A stretch of 64,000 bases of DNA. Source: Solirubrobacteraceae bacterium (GTDB lineage: Bacteria; Actinomycetota; Thermoleophilia; Solirubrobacterales; Solirubrobacteraceae). The translations under genes and the position numbers were made by a program. Of the stretch, positions 39,824-48,096 are shown piece after piece; positions within the stretch are counted from its first letter, which is position 1, and every line of letters starts with the position of its first letter. A model generated the notes under the pieces. The model saw nothing but the letters and a program-made list of their open reading frames with translations, was not told where the DNA came from and did no database searches. The stretch is from the NCBI GenBank assembly GCA_035632775.1, contig DASQGE010000014.1:13705-77704 (forward strand). The letters run 5' to 3'.

Positions 39824-40379
39824 CGGCCACCGCCCCTCCATCTCCGGCGTCCCCCACGAGCTCTTGCAGCTGCCTGATCGCGCGATGGATCAGCACCTTC
39901 GTCGCCCCGTCCGAGCGCCCGAGCGCGCGCGCGATCTCGCGGTTGTCCATGCCCAGCGCGAACCTCATGATCAGCGCCTCGCGCCGGTCCTCGGGCAGCC
40001 GGCTCACGCCGTCGAGCACCTGCTTGGCCTGCTCGCGCCCCTCGACCAGCTGCTCGGTCGTATGGGGCGCCGCGAGCACCGTCGTGTCGTCGATCGGAGA
40101 CGCCGGCCTGCGCGAGCGGTCGCGGTACAGGTTCGCCGCCAGGTTGTGCGCGATCCGGATCAGCCACGGCCGCAGCGGACGCCCGTTCGATTCGCGCTGC
40201 GCACGCTCGAAGTGCCTGTACGCCTGCAGGAACGTCTGCTCGGTCAGGTCCTCCGCGTCGTGATGGTTGCCGACCCGGTAGTACGCATAGCTGTACACGT
40301 CGCGCAGGTGCGTCTTGTAGAGCTCCGAGAACTCCCTGTCCAGCTGCGCCTTCGGCTTGCCGCGCGGCTCGTCGTCCAC
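39816..40379 (-). CDS. ECF RNA polymerase sigma factor
   Basis: DAEDLTEQTFLQAY, PWLIRIAHNL and LPEDRREALIMRF..GMDNREIA..LG.SDGA.K..IHRA (regions 2 and 4). Confidence 0.93.
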   Translation of the reverse strand: MDDEPRGKPKAQLDREFSELYKTHLRDVYSYAYYRVGNHHDAEDLTEQTFLQAYRHFERAQRESNGRPLRPWLIRIAHNLAANLYRDRSRRPASPIDDTTVLAAPHTTEQLVEGREQAKQVLDGVSRLPEDRREALIMRFALGMDNREIARALGRSDGATKVLIHRAIRQLQELVGDAGDGGAVADE

Positions 40380-40493
40380 TCATCGCACACTATCCTTCCC
40401 CAGCCCGCTCGAGACGGCTTTCCTCCATACATCCGGTTACCCGTGCCCCGCCTCGCCGTTACAGTTGTGCTCGGCCCGTCACCGCGGAGCCGC

Positions 40494-40567
40494 GCCGGAG
40501 TAGCTCAGCTGGTCAGAGCACCTGTCTTGTAAACAGGGGGTCAGCGGTTCGAATCCGCTCTCCGGCT
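40494..40567 (+). tRNA. tRNA-Thr(UGU); CCA not encoded
   Basis: Acceptor GCCGGAG/CTCCGGC, D-arm TAGCTCAGCTGGTCAGAGC, anticodon arm CCTGT-CTTGTAA-ACAGG and T-loop GGTTCGAATCC. Confidence 0.97.
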
Positions 40568-40603
40568 TGCGGTCTTCCCTCGCGGCCGGCGCCGTATGCT
40601 GAT

Positions 40604-40999
40604 TCACCGCGGCGCGACGGCGCCCAGGCCACACGCTTGCGCGGCGTCGTAGAGGTCGCCGTCGTAGACGAAGACGGCTCCGAGGTCTTCGCGCATGCTC
40701 AGCGCCGTGGCGAGATGGATCGCGTCCATCGCGCGCAGCGCGGGAGTGTGAGCGCCGACAGCGAGCTCGAGGACTTCGGCGGACAGCGGGATCAGGTTGA
40801 TCCGCTCGACTGCCGCGAGCGCACGCCGCAGGAGGTCCTCACCGCCGAGGCGTCTTGCCGTACACACCGCCTCGACACGAATCAGCTCGCTGGCGACCTG
40901 CACGGGCCATTCGCGCAGCGCCGCCCGGAAGGCGGCTGTCTCGGGCTCCGCCTTGAACAGCTTGACGAGCGCAGAGGCGTCTACATAGGCGGCGTTCAC
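40604..40999 (-). CDS. vapC: PIN-domain toxin (VapC family)
   Basis: YVDASALVKL, SELIRVE, LRAMDAIHLATA and VYDGDL give the acidic PIN tetrad. GTG 40999 overlaps the upstream stop. Confidence 0.9.
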   Translation of the reverse strand: MNAAYVDASALVKLFKAEPETAAFRAALREWPVQVASELIRVEAVCTARRLGGEDLLRRALAAVERINLIPLSAEVLELAVGAHTPALRAMDAIHLATALSMREDLGAVFVYDGDLYDAAQACGLGAVAPR

Positions 41000-41313
41000 T
41001 CGCCGCGGACCCACCGCAGCGCGTCGGACGCCGGCGCGGCCCCCCCGGGGTCCGGCTCGCCCGGCGGGGGATCCAACTCCAGCAGGCCGCCCCGGCTGGG
41101 CCTGGCCCCGTAGCGCTCGGCCAAGCGCCCGCGCAGCCGCCCCTCCGAGCTGGCGCCTGCCAGCACGGCCTCGGCGCCGCGCAACGTCAGCGCGCGGATC
41201 TGCGCCGCCGCCGAGCGTGTCTCGACGGGGTCCAGCAGCGGCTCGGTGAGGGTCAGCGCACGCTGCACGTCGGGATCGCGCGTGACGCCCAAACGCGGGT
41301 GACGAGATGCCAT
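40996..41313 (-). CDS. Putative antitoxin (RHH-like N-terminus)
   Basis: Coupled upstream of vapC. The N-terminus is strand-helix-helix-like and the C-terminus SDALRWVRGE is VapB-like. TACCAT -10 box 6 nt before ATG. Confidence 0.7.
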   Translation of the reverse strand: MASRHPRLGVTRDPDVQRALTLTEPLLDPVETRSAAAQIRALTLRGAEAVLAGASSEGRLRGRLAERYGARPSRGGLLELDPPPGEPDPGGAAPASDALRWVRGE

Positions 41314-41366
41314 GGCGCGATGGTAGCACTCATGTGTAGCATTTCTGTCTGCCTTGACGGATCGCC

Positions 41367-42119
41367 TCAGGACGCTTCCGAGATCACGAGCCGCAGGGCG
41401 CCTTGGAGGCTGTCCTGCTCGCGCAGGTGGCCGTGCTCGGCGTCCCAGGCGCCGGAGTCCAGCGCGGTGGCGAGCCTTTCGACGATGCGCTGCTCCACGC
41501 CCGGCTCGAGCAGCGCCCACATCGACTGGGCGCCGCGGACGGCCGGGTCCAGGAGTCCCTCGGGGCGCCGCCAGAACGCCTCGAAGAAACCGTCCAGGCA
41601 GTCGCCGGGTGTCGGGATTCGCTCAACGCGCGTGCGCCCGCCCAGGGCGGCCGCGATGTCGTCGATCGCGGGAAACCGTGGTCGCTCCTTGAGGAGCCCC
41701 TCGTGCAGGAACTCCTGCTGCCAGGCGGGCAGATGGTCGAGCTCGAACGTGAAGACCACAACCGGTCCGCGGGCCACCCGGCGAAGCTCGGCCAGGCCGG
41801 CCTCGGGGGGCTCCCAGTGATGGATCGTCACGCACGCCATCGCCGCATCGACGGCGCCATCGCCGAAGGGAAGCGCCTCCGCGCGAGCGGCGATCGCGGG
41901 CGCGGCGCCGGCGGGGCGCTGGGCCCGCATCGTCGCGCTCGGCTCGACGGCGAGCACCCAACGATCGTCCGGCTCGTAGGACCCGGCGCCGGCGCCGACA
42001 TTGAGCACCGTGCGCGCATCGCCGAGCCCGGCATGAATACGGGCGGCGATCCGAGGGTCCGGGCGCCGATGCCGCGCATACGTGCGCCCGTGCCGCTCAT
42101 AGTCGACCCGAGCAGTCAC
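41367..42119 (-). CDS. Class I SAM-dependent methyltransferase (Methyltransf_11)
   Basis: VLNVGAGAGSYE, AVEPS..M, AEALPF.D..VDAAMA..TIHHW. Confidence 0.9.
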   Translation of the reverse strand: MTARVDYERHGRTYARHRRPDPRIAARIHAGLGDARTVLNVGAGAGSYEPDDRWVLAVEPSATMRAQRPAGAAPAIAARAEALPFGDGAVDAAMACVTIHHWEPPEAGLAELRRVARGPVVVFTFELDHLPAWQQEFLHEGLLKERPRFPAIDDIAAALGGRTRVERIPTPGDCLDGFFEAFWRRPEGLLDPAVRGAQSMWALLEPGVEQRIVERLATALDSGAWDAEHGHLREQDSLQGALRLVISEAS

Positions 42120-42180
42120 CCGCCGACCCTAACACCGTCCGCGTGCGCCGGACTGGACGACAGTTGGTAGACGTCTTGGT

Positions 42181-42600
42181 CTACGCGCGACCCGCCGACC
42201 GCTCGCGCACCAGGCCGATCTGGGTCAATATCTGCTCGTCGCTCAGGTAGGCGCGCGCCTCGACGATCCCGCCCGTCTCGTTGAGACGCGCGAGCGTCGC
42301 GGAGGGAGAGACGAGCTCGCCGTCGAGCAGCACCTCCGAGAGCACGACGAAACGGCTCTCGTCGAGCGGTCGCACCTCACGCACCCGAACCTGGTGCTTG
42401 ATCTCCGAGGTGCCGAGCTCGGCCACCCAGCGCCGCAGCCCGTCGTGTCCGTGATACACGCGGCGCGCTCCGACGAGCGGCGTCGGATGAAACTCGATGT
42501 GCGGGTCCGCGAGCGCGACGAGATCCTCCGCGTCGCGTCGGTTGAACGCGTCGATGAACCGATGCCCGATCGCCTCCATCGAGGGCCTCTCGGTGGACAT
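42181..42600 (-). CDS. SnoaL/NTF2-like protein
   Basis: [10 protein letters not shown]...LVALADP.IEF, YHGHDG.RRW; TACACT -10 box 6 nt before ATG 42600. Confidence 0.8.
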   Translation of the reverse strand: MSTERPSMEAIGHRFIDAFNRRDAEDLVALADPHIEFHPTPLVGARRVYHGHDGLRRWVAELGTSEIKHQVRVREVRPLDESRFVVLSEVLLDGELVSPSATLARLNETGGIVEARAYLSDEQILTQIGLVRERSAGRA

Positions 42601-42791
42601 GCAGCGAGTGTACCCCGCTGATGGCGCTCCGGGGTCCGGTGCGGGGCGGCGCGGATGTCCGCACGAGCGCCTCTGCGGTCGCCCTCCCGACCGCCGCACG
42701 ACCGAGCCCGGCGGCGCGACGCCGGTGGCGCTCTGACACACGGGGCGAGCGGCCACATGGACAAGGGCGGTCTGGCATCCTCGATCGTGGA

Positions 42792-43703
42792 ATGGCGCTT
42801 CGAACCCCCTCATCGGCTCGACTGGGGGCTGCGTGTCGCGGCCCGGGCGTCGTGCTCGCCCTCGTGCTCGCGCTGGCGGCGCTCGCCGGCTGCGCATCGG
42901 AAAAGCTGGTGCGGGTCGATCCCGCGACCCCCACCGATCCCGCGATCGCCGCGACGGGGCCGCGCCCTGCCGGCGGCACGACCGCCAACTCCAATTCCGG
43001 GGGGGCGCCGGACAGCGCGGCGCTGAGTCGGGCGCCGCGTGTCTCGGGCGGCGCGCGAGAGGTGTCGGGCAAGGTCAACGGACCTGACTCCCTCCCCGCG
43101 GCCGCCAAGTACAAGGTCGCTCCGGGAGCCCCGTCGGACGCGGAAATCCGCAAGGAGATCGCCAAGGTGCGAAAGGCGGGAGCCGTCCTGCCGAGCGGCA
43201 ACAGCGCGCGGTCCTTCGAACGGGAAGCCGCAAACGTCTACGCGCCGAACGGAGGCGACTGGGCCTTCCCGATCCAGCCGCTGTCGCTTGTGCTCGCGCC
43301 CTCGACCTGGACCGAGGATCAGGGCGTGGACGTGGCGACAGCGGGCGGCGCGTGCGGCAATGCGGCCGTCGAGGTCGCCCTGACCAGCGGCACCGTGGTG
43401 CAGGAGGGGATCTCTGGTTTCGGCGCTTATGCGCCCGTGATCGAGATCGACACCGGCCCATATCGGGGCTGGTTCGTCTACTACGGTCACGCGGCGCCGG
43501 CGCTCGTGCCGGTGGGGGCGCATGTCCTCGCCGGACAGCCGATCGCCGAGGTGGGGTGCGGAATCGTCGGCCTGTCCTCGGGACCGCACCTGGAGATCGG
43601 GCTCACGCCGCCGGGGGCCACGCCGTGCTGTCCGGGCTGGCAGGTCACCTCGCCGGCGATGGAGACGCTCATGCAGCAGCTCTACGCACGCTCGCGGCAC
43701 TGA
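42792..43703 (+). CDS. M23 peptidase-family lipoprotein
   Basis: Lipobox LAGC; DQGVD (HxxxD position shows Q), [16 protein letters not shown] (HxH second position shows E). Zinc ligands are partly non-canonical. Confidence 0.75.
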   Translation: MALRTPSSARLGAACRGPGVVLALVLALAALAGCASEKLVRVDPATPTDPAIAATGPRPAGGTTANSNSGGAPDSAALSRAPRVSGGAREVSGKVNGPDSLPAAAKYKVAPGAPSDAEIRKEIAKVRKAGAVLPSGNSARSFEREAANVYAPNGGDWAFPIQPLSLVLAPSTWTEDQGVDVATAGGACGNAAVEVALTSGTVVQEGISGFGAYAPVIEIDTGPYRGWFVYYGHAAPALVPVGAHVLAGQPIAEVGCGIVGLSSGPHLEIGLTPPGATPCCPGWQVTSPAMETLMQQLYARSRH

Positions 43704-43861
43704 GCCTGGATCCACCGATTTCGCGGTCGCCTCGGCACCGGATGGCGCATCGCCAGGCGCCATCGCCGTCACCCCGAGGGGTCACCCTACGGGTGCTCCG
43801 TCGATGTCCGGAGGCTCGACCCCCGGCACCGATGCTCAACCCGCCATCGGTGGATCCAGGC
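43704..43861. mobile_element. MITE-like 158-bp element with 16-bp terminal inverted repeats and a TGA target duplication
   Basis: GCCTGGATCCACCGAT (43704-43719) and ATCGGTGGATCCAGGC (43846-43861) are perfect inverted repeats, flanked by TGA at 43701-43703 and 43862-43864. Confidence 0.6.
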
Positions 43862-44043
43862 TGAGCCACGCCCCGGTGTCGGGCTGATCCGCGCCCCGCC
43901 GACATCTGTTCGACCAGCGGCTACGCCGTCGGGGAAGATTGCCGGGCATACCGGCGTCTTGCTGGTCGAGGACCGATACGAATCTCTGACGGGGCTGTGC
44001 ACACGTTCGAGGTCCATGTTCCCCTACATGCGGAGGAATCTCC

Positions 44044-44511
44044 ATGAAGCGAACCTACGTTTTCCTGGCCGGCGCGCTGGCGAGCGCGGCGAGCGCCGCG
44101 GCGGTCGCAGGCGCGCAAGGCGGCCTCCCGGCCGCACACTCGAGCCGCGTCGCGACGGTCGAGTTGCGCCACACGAGCCTTGGCAAGATCCTGGCCACCG
44201 CTTCGGGCTTCACGCTGTACGAGTTCACGAGGGACGCCGCAAACAGGAACAGCTGTGTGAAGATCAGCGGGTGTGCCGAAACGTGGCCGGCGCTGCGGAC
44301 CAGCGGCAGGCCGAGGGCCGGTTCGGGCGTCCGGGCTTCGCTGCTGTCGACGATCACGCTGCGCGGGGGCGTCAAACAGGTCACCTACGCCGGTCACGCG
44401 CTCTACCTCTACAGCGGCGACAGCGGACCGGGAGAAACGTCGTATGTCGGGGAAAAGGCGTTCGGCGGCAGGTGGTATGCGGTCAATTCCTCGGGACGCA
44501 CGGTGAAGTAA
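44044..44511 (+). CDS. Secreted COG4315-like repeat protein
   Basis: Signal peptide; LGKILA..SGFTLYEFTRD....SC...CAETWP, QVTYAGH.LY.Y.GD..PG and WYAV. Confidence 0.85.
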   Translation: MKRTYVFLAGALASAASAAAVAGAQGGLPAAHSSRVATVELRHTSLGKILATASGFTLYEFTRDAANRNSCVKISGCAETWPALRTSGRPRAGSGVRASLLSTITLRGGVKQVTYAGHALYLYSGDSGPGETSYVGEKAFGGRWYAVNSSGRTVK

Positions 44512-44617
44512 GGGGGCGGCTCGCCGCAGACCGCAACCCGCGCGTCTCCCATGCGTTCCTGCCAGTGGCAGCCGCAACGCGGTCCCCGAACGCCGCCGCG
44601 CCGAGGAGGAGCGCCAG

Positions 44618-46666
44618 TTGAGAGGCAGCGAGCTTGAAGGCAGCGATCCCCTGCGCGCCCGCGCGCGGGGCGGCCCCGTGAGGACCCTCCGGCGAGCAGC
44701 GGCAGATAGGCGCCGCCGGGCGGTCCTGCGCACGATCGGGCTCCTGCTATTTGCTGCGACCGCCGTGGGCGCGACCGCCGTGCCCGCGACCGCGCGCGCG
44801 GCCTCCCCGCTCGCGTGGTCGGCGCCCGTGTCCGTGGATCCCGGACCGACGCCGAGCGCGATCGCGTGCCCGTCGGAAGGCCTCTGCGTCGCGGTCGATC
44901 GCGCCGGGAACGTGCTGCACTCGAGCGATCCGGCGGCGTCCAGCCCCTCCTGGTCCAAAGCCCAGATCGATTCTGGACACGCGCTCACCTCCCTGGCGTG
45001 CGCCTCGGCGAGCCTGTGCGTGGCGGTCGACGAAAGCGGGCGGGCGCTCTCCAGCACCAATCCGACGGGTGGCGCGAGCGCGTGGACCCCGACAGGCATC
45101 GACGGCACGGGCCTGACCGGCGTCTCGTGCCCGTCCGCGACGATGTGCGTGGCGGTGGACCAAGCCGGAAGCGCGCTGGCGAGCGCCGACCCCGGCGCCC
45201 CGAGCCCGGCCTGGACGAAGAGGGAAGTCGACAAAGGCAACCGGCTGAACGGGGTCTCCTGCCCGAGTGAAGCGCTGTGCGTCGCCGTGGACGCCGCCGG
45301 CAATGCGCCCGTGAGCATCGATCCCGGCGCTCCCAGCCCGACCTGGACGAAGAGGGCCATCGACCCGGCGGGCGAACCGCGCGCGGTCTCGTGTGCGTCG
45401 GACGGGCTGTGCGTCGCGATCGACGGCGCCGGCGACACGCTCGCGAGCGCCGACCCGGGCGCGGCGAACCCGACCTGGAGCTCCACCGAGATCGACCTGA
45501 CGGGCGTCCCGGCGGGCATCTCCTGTGCGACGTCGGGCCTGTGCGTGCTGCTCGACGACCACGGCAGCGCGCTGGCGAGCGACAACCCGACCGCCGCGCT
45601 CCCGACATGGAGCGGATCGACAGCAGATCCCGGCACGCCGATGGCCGGGATCTCGTGCCTGCCGGCGGGAATGTGCGTGGCGATCGACACAGCCGGCCGG
45701 ATCGTCAGGGCGCTCGTCCCGGCGCCGATCTCCACCACGACCGCGGCCGTCGAAGTCGGCGCCGGCGAAGCGACGCTGACGGCCACGGTCGATCCAAGCG
45801 ACGCGGCGCTGGGCGAATGTCGCTTCGAATACGGACCGACCGCCGCCTATGGACAGAGCGCGTCCTGCGCCGGACCGCCCTCGCCCACGGGCGGCGCGCA
45901 GCTCGTGAAGGCCCGCATCACGGGTCTCGCGCCGGCGAGCACGTATCACTTTCGGATCGTCGCCGCGAACGCGGGCGGCACGAGTGCCGGCGCCGATCGG
46001 ACGCTGACGACCGCGCCACCGATCAGCATCGTGCACCCGCACCCATCGATCGCGGGCGTGCCGGGGGTCGGCGAGCGGCTGCGCTGCAGCTCCGGCGTGC
46101 CGAGCGGCGCCACGGCGACCTTGACGTACGCCTGGGTGCGCGATTCGAGCGCGATCGCGGGAGCGGGCACCTCCAGCTATCTCGTCAGCCGCGCCGACGC
46201 GATGCATCACCTGCAGTGCAGGGTCACCGCCACCGACGCCGCCGGCAGCGCGACGGCCGGCAGCGAGTTCGTCGCGATACCGGCCGCGGGCGTGCTCGCC
46301 GCCGCGGGCGAGACGAGGGTGGGCAAGGTGCTCGCGCACGGCACGAGCCTCAGCGTTCCCGTCAGCTGCTCGTCGCGGGCGCCCGGCGGCTGCGCGATCG
46401 CGCTGCGCGTCACGACCAGGCAGACGCGGTCCGGCAAGCCGGTCCGGCGGGTGACCCTCACGCTCGCCACGACGTCGGCGCACTTGAAGCAGAGCGAACA
46501 GCGCACGATCCTGCTCAAGCTGGGCGCCGCCGCTCGCCGGCTGCTCGCGCGCGCGCACAGCCTGACCGTCACGGTGTCGGTGAGCGGCACGGTCATCGGC
46601 GCGCTCAAAGCGAGCCTCGCGACCGCGACGCTCGTCTTGCGCACCCCGACGAGGCACGCGCATTGA
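44618..46666 (+). CDS. Secreted protein: seven Cys-paired repeats (beta-propeller-like), FN3 and Ig-like domains
   Basis: Seven x[SA]C[PA]Sxx[LM]CVA[VI]DxxG repeats, then C.FEYG.T..YG..GL.P.STYHFRIVA.N (FN3) and an Ig-like module. Confidence 0.8.
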   Translation: MRGSELEGSDPLRARARGGPVRTLRRAAADRRRRAVLRTIGLLLFAATAVGATAVPATARAASPLAWSAPVSVDPGPTPSAIACPSEGLCVAVDRAGNVLHSSDPAASSPSWSKAQIDSGHALTSLACASASLCVAVDESGRALSSTNPTGGASAWTPTGIDGTGLTGVSCPSATMCVAVDQAGSALASADPGAPSPAWTKREVDKGNRLNGVSCPSEALCVAVDAAGNAPVSIDPGAPSPTWTKRAIDPAGEPRAVSCASDGLCVAIDGAGDTLASADPGAANPTWSSTEIDLTGVPAGISCATSGLCVLLDDHGSALASDNPTAALPTWSGSTADPGTPMAGISCLPAGMCVAIDTAGRIVRALVPAPISTTTAAVEVGAGEATLTATVDPSDAALGECRFEYGPTAAYGQSASCAGPPSPTGGAQLVKARITGLAPASTYHFRIVAANAGGTSAGADRTLTTAPPISIVHPHPSIAGVPGVGERLRCSSGVPSGATATLTYAWVRDSSAIAGAGTSSYLVSRADAMHHLQCRVTATDAAGSATAGSEFVAIPAAGVLAAAGETRVGKVLAHGTSLSVPVSCSSRAPGGCAIALRVTTRQTRSGKPVRRVTLTLATTSAHLKQSEQRTILLKLGAAARRLLARAHSLTVTVSVSGTVIGALKASLATATLVLRTPTRHAH

Positions 46667-47904
46667 GCCTGCGCAGCCGCATTCTCGGCCCGTGCGCGAG
46701 CGTGCTCGCGCTGATCGGAGTCCTCGCCGCGGCGAGCCCGCCGAGCGCGAGCGGCGCCGCCGCGCTGGCGCCGACCCCGTACATGGGTTGGGACACCTAC
46801 TTCGCGCTCGGCGCGCGTTACAGCGAGGCGACCGTGCTGGAACAGGCGAGCGCGCTGATCGGAAGCGGGCTGCAGCGCGACGGCTATCGCTACGTCTGGC
46901 TGGACGTCGGCTGGTGGCAGGGACAGCGCGACGCGCGCGGGCAGATCGTCGTCAACCGAACGCAGTGGCCGCACGGCATGAGGTGGCTGGCGAGCACGCT
47001 GCACGCGGCCGGCCTGCGCGCCGGCCTGTACACGGACGCCGGCCGCGAAGGCTGCGGCGGGACCAACCAGGGCAGCTATGGCCACTATCAACAGGATGCG
47101 AACACGTTCGCGGCCTGGGGGTTCGACGCCGTCAAGGTCGACTTCTGCGGAGGGGTCCGCCTGCACCTGAGCCCACGGAAGGCGTACACCTCCTTCCACG
47201 AAGCGATCCTGCACGACTCGCCGCACCGGCCGATGCTGCTGTCGATCTGCGACTTCCTGGAACCGGGCCAGTTCAGAGGCGACCCGGCGTTCGGCGGCTC
47301 GGCCTTCTCCTCCTACACGTTCGGGCCGAGCGTGGGCAACAGCTGGCGCACGGATACGGACGTCGGCTCGCCCGGCTATGTCTTGTTTGAAACCGTGCTG
47401 CGCAATCTCGATGCCGACGCGACCCATCCCGAGGCGGCCGGGCCGGGGCACTGGAACGATCCCGACTACCTCGGTCCGGACCAGGGGATGACGGACGCCC
47501 AGTTCAGGACCCAGTTCAGCATGTGGGCGATGCTGGCGGCGCCGCTGATGATCAGCGCCGACTTCACACAGATGTCGCCGGCCAGCCTCGAAGCTGTCGC
47601 CGACCGGGAAGCGATCGCGATCGACCAGGATCCCGCCGGGACGCAGGGCAGGCTGCTGTCATCCGCCGGCGAGAGCCAGGTGTGGGTCAAGCCGCTGAGC
47701 GACGGATCGCGCGCGGTGGCGCTGCTCAACCGTGGCCCGGGCGCGGTCACGATCGCGACGAGCGCCGCCGCGGTGGGCATGGCGCCCGCGCCGAGCTATT
47801 CGCTGCGCGATCTGTGGACGCACACGACCACCGCGACCGCCGGGGCGATCGCCGCGGAGGTGCCCGGCGAATCGACTGTGCTGCTGCGCGTCGCGCCGAG
47901 GTAG
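46663..47904 (+). CDS. Secreted GH27 alpha-galactosidase-like hydrolase
   Basis: LAPTPYMGW, YVWLDVGW, G.RAGLYTDAG, WGFDAVKVDFC (nucleophile), SWRTDTD, PGHWNDPD.L and FSMWAMLAAPL. TTG 46663 overlaps the upstream stop. Confidence 0.9.
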   Translation: MSLRSRILGPCASVLALIGVLAAASPPSASGAAALAPTPYMGWDTYFALGARYSEATVLEQASALIGSGLQRDGYRYVWLDVGWWQGQRDARGQIVVNRTQWPHGMRWLASTLHAAGLRAGLYTDAGREGCGGTNQGSYGHYQQDANTFAAWGFDAVKVDFCGGVRLHLSPRKAYTSFHEAILHDSPHRPMLLSICDFLEPGQFRGDPAFGGSAFSSYTFGPSVGNSWRTDTDVGSPGYVLFETVLRNLDADATHPEAAGPGHWNDPDYLGPDQGMTDAQFRTQFSMWAMLAAPLMISADFTQMSPASLEAVADREAIAIDQDPAGTQGRLLSSAGESQVWVKPLSDGSRAVALLNRGPGAVTIATSAAAVGMAPAPSYSLRDLWTHTTTATAGAIAAEVPGESTVLLRVAPR

Positions 47905-47923
47905 GCACGGGCGGGGGGCGAGA

Positions 47924-47998
47924 GGCTTCTTTTGGGGGAGACCCGTGAGCCCGGTCTCCGTAGAGCGCCCACGGCGCCGGTCACCGCAGCCGCCGGCG
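47924..47998 (+). repeat. Dispersed bipartite intergenic repeat, copy 2
   Basis: Matches the reverse complement of 20428-20500 in two blocks separated by an unrelated 20-21 nt spacer. Confidence 0.8.
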
Positions 47999-48007
47999 CC
48001 TTGGAGG

Positions 48008-48096
48008 CGTTCACACCAGAGCTCGTCCCGCCGTGTCGTTCACACTGGAGCTCGTCCCGCCGTGTCGTTCACACCAGAGCTCGTCCCGTCGTGTCG
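48008..48096. repeat. 29-bp tandem repeat x3 duplicating the MFS gene stop region
   Basis: CGTTCACACYRGAGCTCGTCCCGYCGTGT at 48008, 48037 and 48066; no spacers. Confidence 0.93.

Noticed and set aside
42600-42791. c-di-AMP (ydaO) riboswitch upstream of the M23 gene, prompted by disA
   Set aside because: None of the conserved ydaO sequence elements could be found.
45277-46662. 875-aa GH27 fusion protein
   Set aside because: The first 462 codons overlap the propeller gene out of frame. A signal peptide begins at TTG 46663.
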